This document shows positions 56,993 to 64,000 of a DNA stretch of 64,000 nt, one piece after another; within the stretch, counting starts at the first letter, position 1; each line of letters starts with the position of its first letter. The notes under the pieces are model-generated. The model did not search any database. It was not told the DNA's origin and was given only the letters and a program-made list of their open reading frames with translations. Both the position numbers and the translations under genes were made by a program. Location: NCBI GenBank assembly GCA_019695305.1, contig JAIBAG010000001.1:18774-82773 (forward strand), in the 5' to 3' direction. This stretch comes from a bacterium. Its GTDB lineage: Bacteria > UBA10199 > JAIBAG01.

Positions 56993-58291
56993 ATGAAAAA
57001 ATATCTTTCTTTATTTACTATTCTATTTCTATTTGCCGCTTGTGGCAGTGTACAAAACCAAGCAACAGGCAGCATTAACGATGATGATTTAGATAACGTA
57101 TTAAGTCCGCTTGATGACCCTGATACTGATATCCCTGAGGATAGTGATGAAATTGTGTATGACGATACCTTTGTTGCTTACATGTACGGAACGGCATATG
57201 GTTCTAATGGCCAGCTTTTTCTTACTTCTACAGCAACGCTTGATACACTTTTTAACAGCGGCGTTCCTAGCTTGGGCAATGATGCCATTATCAAAGCTCA
57301 AAATAATTTGGTGTATGTTTTGCACCGTGGAGGAGCATTCGTTTCGGGCTCTACCGATAACGTGCAAATTATTGATCCGGCCAATAGCTTTGCAACGGTC
57401 AATCAATGGTCTACCGGTAACGGCACCAACCCACAGGACATCATTATTATTGATAATAAAGCCTTCATCAGCTTAGGCAATCCAGAATCCGATCCGGATA
57501 ATGTGGCCGATAATGGTAAACCCGGCGACGTAATTGTGATGAATTTAGATACTGGTAACATCGAAAATCGCATCAGCTTTTTTGATTTGTTAAATGATGA
57601 TGATTACAAAGCATCTAATGCCAACAAAATGTTGCTTATTGACGATAAAATTTATGTATTGGTTCAGGATTTAGGCGAAGGCTTTAATCCTTATGCCATT
57701 AATGCAGCAGGGCATTTAGTCACATTGGATGCCACCACCGGCGAGCGCCTGGATAGCATTACCCTGGCGGGGCGTAATCCTGTAGGGTTGGCCGTTAGTC
57801 ACGATAAAAAAACAATCTATGTTTCTTTTGGAGCTCCATTTGATGACTGGTTTACAATAAACGAATACGAAACGGATGAATTTGGCGGCTTACAAATTTT
57901 ATCGGCCGCCGATACAACGCACAGTACTTTTATTGCCGATAATAGTTTTGGAGGATATTTGGAAGGCATTGCCACCGGTAATGGTCTGTTGTACGTTACC
58001 ATTTCTCATTACAATGCTTCAAATTTTAGTTTTACCTCCAACATTTGGACCATGGATGAGACCAACACAAACGTAGAAGGTTTTTTTAACCTATTGCCTG
58101 CAGCACAAGACATTAGAACTTTTGCCATAGCGCCGGATGGTAATTTATGGGTTTCGTACCGAACCATTTTTAAAGAAACCGGCATAGCAGGTGATGCCAC
58201 AGTAGAAATTTTGGACGGCATCACCGGCGATTATACTGGCACAACATACACGCCCAGTGCGCCCGTAGTTTCTATCGCCTTTGAAAAATAG
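56993..58291 (+). CDS. Beta-propeller surface lipoprotein under a B12 riboswitch. Candidate BtuG-like cobalamin-binding protein.
   Basis: Signal peptide with lipobox LFAACGS. GGAGAA Shine-Dalgarno 6 nt upstream of the ATG. Repeated beta-strand-rich segments consistent with a 7-bladed propeller. Immediately downstream of the cobalamin riboswitch. Confidence 0.55.
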   Translation: MKKYLSLFTILFLFAACGSVQNQATGSINDDDLDNVLSPLDDPDTDIPEDSDEIVYDDTFVAYMYGTAYGSNGQLFLTSTATLDTLFNSGVPSLGNDAIIKAQNNLVYVLHRGGAFVSGSTDNVQIIDPANSFATVNQWSTGNGTNPQDIIIIDNKAFISLGNPESDPDNVADNGKPGDVIVMNLDTGNIENRISFFDLLNDDDYKASNANKMLLIDDKIYVLVQDLGEGFNPYAINAAGHLVTLDATTGERLDSITLAGRNPVGLAVSHDKKTIYVSFGAPFDDWFTINEYETDEFGGLQILSAADTTHSTFIADNSFGGYLEGIATGNGLLYVTISHYNASNFSFTSNIWTMDETNTNVEGFFNLLPAAQDIRTFAIAPDGNLWVSYRTIFKETGIAGDATVEILDGITGDYTGTTYTPSAPVVSIAFEK

Positions 58292-58303
58292 ACCAACAAG
58301 GAA

Positions 58304-58345
58304 TCCGGGGGCCGTAAATAACGACGGCCCCCGGACCCCAATTTT
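58304..58345 (+). terminator. Probable Rho-independent terminator after the riboswitch-controlled lipoprotein gene
   Basis: 12-bp stem TCCGGGGGCCGT/ACGGCCCCCGGA with an 8-nt loop, followed by CCCCAATTTTG. The T-run is weak. Confidence 0.5.
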
Positions 58346-58523
58346 GTAGTCTTCTGTGGTTTTTTCCCCGCATGTTTTTTACAAGTTTTCTTTTCTCACT
58401 TTTTACCACCTATAAATAGTTGATTTATATATATAATTTTAAATCATTTTTCTTTATTTTGGCTTCAAAATTGCATATCTATTGATTGGGCACAATTAGG
58501 GAAATCAACACTTGGAGGACCCT

Positions 58524-59990
58524 ATGCGCCTTTTTTTATTTCTGTTAGCTTTCTTTTTAACCTCAACAGCTTATGCCCAAACCATTGATCAGCTTTTCGA
58601 TGTACGGATTGATGATGCCTTTTTCTACAATGATGATGTAGCTAACCTTATACCAGAATCTTCCGCTGATTATGCAGTTGATAAAATGATTTATGACCCA
58701 AACCTTTCGCGTATGGTGGGGGGCGGAACTCATGGCACCGAATACATCACCCTCATTCAATATTTTATGGAACCACAAGACAGCAGAACCACTTTTGGTG
58801 AATTTGATAAGGTTTATTATTACGATTTAAATGCTAATAAAAAACCAACCCGTGTTGTGAGCTTGATGAGCGACTCTAATTATTATTACATGCTGGCAGA
58901 ATATACTTTAGGCACAGGTGAGTACGCCAAATTTGGCAGCACCATTTTAAAAATTGAAAAACGAAATCCCAATCATTACGAAGAAAAAGATCTTTCCACC
59001 ATTTTTATGACACCTCAGTATGATGCTTCTAAATCTTTAAAAGGTGGCTTTGCCGAATTATCGGTTGATAACAATAAAATTATAGGCAGCGTAACACAAG
59101 TAAAGCGCACTTTTGTGTTTGTTTTATCCACTAGCACTTTAATGCCCACAAATTTTGGTCGCGATCAAACAAGCCCCGAAGGGCGTGTTGGGGTAACCGA
59201 CGGTATACCGGATGGTTATACTGTAATAGATATGCCTAAAGGTGGCAATGTAGGTGCACGCGTTAACGGAGGCTACGTTATTTTTACAAAAGATGCCGAT
59301 CCTCTTGGTAATCATTATGCTGTTTTTATTGACCGTAATGGATTTGTTAAAAATGAATTTAATGATGCAGGTAAAAATTACCGTACATATCACTTTGCGG
59401 AAGATGATTTTAGTTTAGTGGGTGTTAAATACAACAGGCCCACCAACCAAATTATTATTGTTGGCACCATTGAATGCAGCAATAAAATTTTAATTAGCCG
59501 CCTAAGACAAAACAACGGACGTGCAGATATTGAGAACACCAATGTTATTGAAGAAGATCTTGCTTATCAACATGCTATCACGGTCGCCGATTTCGTTGTA
59601 CGTCCCGAATCGGGCATTATTATTTTATTTGGTAAATATACCATATTTGAAATGCGTCCACCGGGTTATGGGTTTTATACAAGTGAGGATCAAATTGAAA
59701 ACGACTTGGCTTTAGGCGCTGATGTTTTTCGAATTAAAAATGCCTATGTTGCTGTTATAGGAAACGATAATGAAATGATCAATTTAGGAACATCCACTGC
59801 TATTACCTCGGACTTTTTGGAAAAGGCCTATATTTTAACAAGAATTGGCATTAGCTATAATGCAGCGGGGTTTACCGCTGGCGCTACATATTCTAATAAT
59901 TATTTGTATATGACAGGCCTCATGGATAATGATTATATGCCCTTTGTTAAAGTGGAATACACCCCACCGGTTTCAAAGTTTGTGCGATAG
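58524..59990 (+). CDS. Hypothetical secreted protein of 489 aa
   Basis: Signal peptide MRLFLFLLAFFLTSTAYAQ. GGAGG Shine-Dalgarno 5 nt upstream of ATG 58524. No recognised domain. Confidence 0.55.
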   Translation: MRLFLFLLAFFLTSTAYAQTIDQLFDVRIDDAFFYNDDVANLIPESSADYAVDKMIYDPNLSRMVGGGTHGTEYITLIQYFMEPQDSRTTFGEFDKVYYYDLNANKKPTRVVSLMSDSNYYYMLAEYTLGTGEYAKFGSTILKIEKRNPNHYEEKDLSTIFMTPQYDASKSLKGGFAELSVDNNKIIGSVTQVKRTFVFVLSTSTLMPTNFGRDQTSPEGRVGVTDGIPDGYTVIDMPKGGNVGARVNGGYVIFTKDADPLGNHYAVFIDRNGFVKNEFNDAGKNYRTYHFAEDDFSLVGVKYNRPTNQIIIVGTIECSNKILISRLRQNNGRADIENTNVIEEDLAYQHAITVADFVVRPESGIIILFGKYTIFEMRPPGYGFYTSEDQIENDLALGADVFRIKNAYVAVIGNDNEMINLGTSTAITSDFLEKAYILTRIGISYNAAGFTAGATYSNNYLYMTGLMDNDYMPFVKVEYTPPVSKFVR

Positions 59991-60015
59991 CAAATTGTTC
60001 AAAGGAAAATATATA

Positions 60016-60948
60016 TCAGTCTCCAGACACATTACTGTAATAATCGCTAGGGGTTAATTCTGAATAACCTAAATTTGGTTCTTTTTTAGATACAGACATT
60101 GGCTCAGGTGAAGGCTCTGCGGCGGCGGCCTTTGTAACAAGAGTAGCCGATGCAGCAGCAATTTTAGCAGCACGCGCGACCGCTAAATCGATTACCTCAC
60201 CCCCGGCTGCAGCCGTAGTTGCGCTTTCAGCCGTTGTTGCAACACTTGTTTCACCAGCAAGCGGAAGATAAGAAAACGCCAATTCTGTAAGAGGCAGTGC
60301 AAACAAACCAGCTAAAAAACCAGTTCTATAAATGTTTGTATCATTATCAGAAAAATCTACCTTTTCTGTTTTAATCTTTAAAACTGATGAGTTTGGATTT
60401 GGACGATTTACCTCTTCAACCGGAGTATCTGAATAGCGTTTTTCCAAAAATTGTTGTGCACCCCTTCTTTCTTCTTCAATATATTCACGACAGGTGCTCT
60501 CTGGAAGTTTTGTATGAATACTAAGCTTGGGGTTTCCTAAACCCAACAAGTAAAAGGGATGATTTTGCAAAAAATCTTTACCAATCTGCGTATTAGCTTT
60601 TCTTTGTAAACCGCCCGCTCCATCTGATAATTTTGAATCGGTAGAATAACTTGGTTGTGTGGGCAAACCGGCAACAACATCAACAATAGATCTTACCAAG
60701 GTTTGATCTTGATCTGTTAAATTTAAAAGCAGTTCATCAGCACAGATTTGCGAAATGATTGTATTGTTAATAAAAAGACCCGAAAAGCTAGAATCACTCT
60801 CTTTACATTGTTCCGATAAGCGCGCTTGACAGCCGGCTATGTAAAATGTTTCAGCCAATTGAACAGCCTGATCATTTACACGACCGCTTAGCAGATTATC
60901 AATATTAACACCAAGAAATTGCGCTCTTACAATTGGACCAGTACCCAT
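60016..60948 (-). CDS. Hypothetical protein of 310 aa with an Ala/Thr-rich C-terminal region
   Basis: ORF only. The C-terminus is low-complexity (ATTAESATTAAAGG...AAKIAAASATLVTKAAAA). Confidence 0.45.
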   Translation of the reverse strand: MGTGPIVRAQFLGVNIDNLLSGRVNDQAVQLAETFYIAGCQARLSEQCKESDSSFSGLFINNTIISQICADELLLNLTDQDQTLVRSIVDVVAGLPTQPSYSTDSKLSDGAGGLQRKANTQIGKDFLQNHPFYLLGLGNPKLSIHTKLPESTCREYIEEERRGAQQFLEKRYSDTPVEEVNRPNPNSSVLKIKTEKVDFSDNDTNIYRTGFLAGLFALPLTELAFSYLPLAGETSVATTAESATTAAAGGEVIDLAVARAAKIAAASATLVTKAAAAEPSPEPMSVSKKEPNLGYSELTPSDYYSNVSGD

Positions 60949-61488
60949 AAAAATTACCTCTTCATACTTAATTGACTACAAAAAGTTATCGTCATTTTTT
61001 TGAAAGAATTGCCTGATATTCATTCCTTCTTCTCACTTTCTGCATCCAAACTGTTATCACCTCCTTATCCCCAGCTGTGGAAAAGCCTGTTGATATTAAT
61101 GTATGGCAATGTAGGGCAATAAAAAGGGTCTGAAGCCCCGTATAAAAGAAAGGTTTTGGGGACTCTACCCCCTAAGCTTGCAAAAGTTCTGCTAAGAGAT
61201 TTAAAAATACAAATAATTTCAATTATTTAAATATGAAACAAAAAAGCTTTATTGGCATAAAGGTTGCTTTATTATGTTTACAAATACAGGCTAGGGAGCT
61301 TTGCTCTTTAGCCCCTTAATACCCTCCGAGCCGCTTGTAGCGAGGATTCTACAAGCGGCTCACCCCCTTTAACACATTTCAATTTAAAGACTTTCTAGAA
61401 CGTGCTCGACAAGAAAGCTTTTAGACCTTAAAAGAACCTTACAATTTTTTGCAAAATATAACGGCCTCGGGCGCGTTATAAAGTTTAT

Positions 61489-62568
61489 ATGCCTCATTTT
61501 AATGTTAATTCCGGTACCAGTTTATACCTCTTGTTGGCGCTCCTCTTTATTGTCATGAATGCCTTTTTTGTAGCGGCCGAATTTGCTTTGGTAAAAATCC
61601 GTAAAACCAGGCTTCAAGTTCTTGTGGGCGAAAGAAACAGACTTGCCAAAATAGCGCTGGGAATGGTGGATAATTTAGATGCTTATCTTTCAGCAACACA
61701 ACTGGGCATTACACTGGCAAGTTTAGGGCTTGGCTGGATAGGCGAACCGGCCTTTGCTGTTTTAGTGAAAGGTTTTCTATCCACGTTTAATCTTAACATA
61801 ACTGACAATACGCTTCATTCCGTAGCTTTTATGTCGGCCTTTCTTATTATCTCGGCCCTTCATATTATTTTAGGCGAACTCGTTCCCAAATCGCTGGCCA
61901 TTCGCACCACCGAATATATTTGCTTAGCCGTTGCCCTGCCCATGCGCATTTTTTACTACGTTTTCTTTCCCTTTTTATGGATGCTCAACGGAACAGCCAA
62001 CGTTGTACTTAAACTTATCCGTTTGCCCATGCCTACAGGCTCAAGCCATGCACATAGCGAAGAAGAATTAAAACTGGTGGTTGAAGATTCGTTTGTAGAA
62101 GGCGCTATCGAATCGGACCAACGTACACTTTTAAATAAAGCAATCGATTTTGGGTCCAAAACCATTGGCGATATCATGTTGCCCTTTGATAAAGTTGTAT
62201 TTTTGGACTTATCCGAAAGTTTAAACGAAAACTTAACCCGCGCACGCGATGCCGGCCATACTCGGTTTCCCGTCTTAAGTATCGACAAAACTATTTTAGG
62301 TTTTGTTCATATGAAAGATATTATTTGGAGCTTGGAAAACCATGAAGTAATTAATTTGTACGATCTTATCCGGCCTCTCATCACTTTTAGGCAACAAGTA
62401 AATATAGACGAAGCTTTAAAACAATTTAGAAGAAAAAAAATTCATATGGCCATGGTTAAAAACCAACACGATGTTATTATTGGTATTGTAACTATGGAAG
62501 ATATTATTGAAGAATTAGTGGGCGAAATTGAGGATGAATTTGATGAAGAAGCCGCTAAAGCTAATTAA
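61489..62568 (+). CDS. HlyC/CorC (CNNM) family transporter: DUF21, CBS pair and CorC_HlyC domains
   Basis: DUF21 N-terminus (FFVAAEFALVKIRKTRL), a CBS pair, and a C-terminal transporter-associated domain with an acidic tail. Confidence 0.85.
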   Translation: MPHFNVNSGTSLYLLLALLFIVMNAFFVAAEFALVKIRKTRLQVLVGERNRLAKIALGMVDNLDAYLSATQLGITLASLGLGWIGEPAFAVLVKGFLSTFNLNITDNTLHSVAFMSAFLIISALHIILGELVPKSLAIRTTEYICLAVALPMRIFYYVFFPFLWMLNGTANVVLKLIRLPMPTGSSHAHSEEELKLVVEDSFVEGAIESDQRTLLNKAIDFGSKTIGDIMLPFDKVVFLDLSESLNENLTRARDAGHTRFPVLSIDKTILGFVHMKDIIWSLENHEVINLYDLIRPLITFRQQVNIDEALKQFRRKKIHMAMVKNQHDVIIGIVTMEDIIEELVGEIEDEFDEEAAKAN

Positions 62569-62628
62569 GGAAAAGCGCTTTGCATTGTAAAAATCATGTG
62601 TTAGGTTGACACCTTAGGAGAAAAGTTC

Positions 62629-63141
62629 GTGGCCATCGTATTAAAACGTAAAAAATTAACTCTACTTCAAAAACTTTATATCTTTGAAATTTTTCGGGGT
62701 TTGGCCATTACCATGCGCCATCTGTTAAAAAATATGTTTAACCCCGGTAAAATGATGACCTACGAATACCCCGAAGAAAAAAAACCGATCGACGAAACAC
62801 ACCGTAGTGAACACCGCTTAATGCTGCGCCCCGACAACTCCGTCCGCTGCACTGCCTGCATGCTGTGCGCTACCGTATGCCCGGCTAAATGTATTCATAT
62901 CGAAGCCACCGAAGGCAAAACCGCCGATAACGAAAAATTTGCCGAAAAATACACGATCGATCTCTTACGCTGCATCTATTGCGGCTTTTGCGTAGAAGCC
63001 TGTCCCTGCGATGCCATCCGTATGGATACCGGTAAACCAGTGGATAGCTACTATCATCGCGAAGATTTTGTTAAAGATATCAACTACTTAAAGGCAAACC
63101 ACCCTCCCGGAAAAAGCCCTTATTCCGAAGGTATGTATTAA
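62629..63141 (+). CDS. nuoI: NADH-quinone oxidoreductase subunit I (2x[4Fe-4S])
   Basis: Two CxxCxxCxxxCP clusters (CTACMLCATVCP, CIYCGFCVEACP) and a NuoI-specific N-terminal region (TYEYPEEKKP...HRSEHRL). GTG start with an AGGAG Shine-Dalgarno. Confidence 0.85.
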   Translation: MAIVLKRKKLTLLQKLYIFEIFRGLAITMRHLLKNMFNPGKMMTYEYPEEKKPIDETHRSEHRLMLRPDNSVRCTACMLCATVCPAKCIHIEATEGKTADNEKFAEKYTIDLLRCIYCGFCVEACPCDAIRMDTGKPVDSYYHREDFVKDINYLKANHPPGKSPYSEGMY

Positions 63142-63233
63142 TTTTTAATGCTCGGTTGACTCTCGTCCATTATCTACTTAATATTAAAGATGTGAAGCAC
63201 TGGCGCGTCCATAAACATTTTTCATTCGTTACC

Positions 63234-63566
63234 ATGCTGGTCTTACTGATGGTAACAGCCTTCAGCACCACTGCTTTATGCAAGCCTTGTGGGATGACCA
63301 GTAACCAGGGCATGATGGATTGCTGTAAAAATCTCCCCCATCAGGGAGTTGCCATTAAAATGAATTGTTGCGATGGCAAGCCAGCCCCGCTCCTCAATCC
63401 AACAATAGCTATTCAGCAAGAACCCACAACAGTTGCTTTATTTACCGTAATTTCTGCTACTCCCACTATTCATCACAATACGTCTTTATCTTTTGGCATA
63501 ATCCCTCAAACAAATATAAGTCCGCCCTTTCCGCCTACACTCGAAAAAACTATTCTTCGCATTTAG
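63234..63566 (+). CDS. Hypothetical secreted Cys/Met-rich small protein, possibly metal-binding
   Basis: Signal-like N-terminus MLVLLMVTAFSTTALC, then CKPCGMTSNQGMMDCCKN and NCCDG motifs. Start uncertain, since the ORF extends upstream with a TTG. Confidence 0.4.
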   Translation: MLVLLMVTAFSTTALCKPCGMTSNQGMMDCCKNLPHQGVAIKMNCCDGKPAPLLNPTIAIQQEPTTVALFTVISATPTIHHNTSLSFGIIPQTNISPPFPPTLEKTILRI

Positions 63567-63644
63567 TCAACTTATCCAAAACTTAGTTTTACCTAAGGCT
63601 TTTTACAAAAGGCCAAGTGTATTCATTTTTTGATGAGTTGATTT

Positions 63645-64000
63645 ATGAAAAAAATATTAATTTTTATTTTACTGCTGGTAGCACCCAAAACCTGGGCCTT
63701 AACACTTGATGACGTGATAAAGCGCGTTGCCAACACTCACCCGGCTATTGCCGCAAAACAGTTTGAGGCCAAAGCCACAAAAGCTAAAAAGGGAGCCGAG
63801 GCCTGGCTAAACGACCCGCAAGCCATGATTGAGCGGGAAGAAGGCAGGCAAACCAATTATAAAATTTCGCAGGAAATTCCCTTTCCCACAACACTCATTA
63901 CCAAAAATAAATCGATTGGTTACGAGTATAAATCCAAGCTTGGTGATTTATCCGAAACCGAACGCACAAAAATATTTGAGGCCAAAAAAACATATTACGA
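63645..64000 (+). CDS. Outer membrane efflux protein of the TolC/OEP family, N-terminal fragment (continues beyond the window)
   Basis: Signal peptide followed by the typical OEP N-terminus (LTLDDVIKRVANTHPAIAAKQFEAKA...). Confidence 0.7.
   Translation, partial: MKKILIFILLLVAPKTWALTLDDVIKRVANTHPAIAAKQFEAKATKAKKGAEAWLNDPQAMIEREEGRQTNYKISQEIPFPTTLITKNKSIGYEYKSKLGDLSETERTKIFEAKKTYY

Overview
This 64 kb window appears to be a chromosomal segment from a Gram-negative bacterium. A MYXO-CTERM-like sorting tail, a three-gene squalene pathway, a flagellin gene and an RpoH homologue suggest a Myxococcota- or Bdellovibrionota-like lineage, but that placement is low confidence. Most of the roughly 65 protein genes are housekeeping genes. 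They include gyrA, HU, a cold-shock protein, pdxH, folD, bioD, the gcvT-gcvH-gcvP operon, the E1-alpha, E1-beta and E2 subunits of a 2-oxoacid dehydrogenase, mgsA, rpoH, nuoI, trmJ, a sigma-54 activator carrying FHA domains, hpnC and hpnD plus a separately located hpnE, a YcbB-like L,D-transpeptidase, MltD and LdcA. One tRNA-Gln(CUG) is present. No rRNA genes, CRISPR arrays, transposases or integrases were seen. The features most likely to be new are: a cobalamin riboswitch in front of a beta-propeller surface lipoprotein with no transporter gene nearby; three long-stem nested hairpin elements, two of which share a conserved core but have different, still-complementary outer stems; an AT-rich islet with a dinD-like gene, two TTTGCC-N6-GGCAAA palindromes and a CPBP protease; a minus-strand operon encoding a large beta-helix protein with MopE-like repeats and a MYXO-CTERM-like tail followed by two paralogous membrane proteins; an operon of a TIGR02147-family protein with two lipoproteins; a 25-bp duplicate of the tRNA-Gln 3' end upstream of rpoH; and a structured region between fliC and its terminator. 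All calls rest on reading the translated ORFs and the DNA by eye. No database searches or structure predictions were run.
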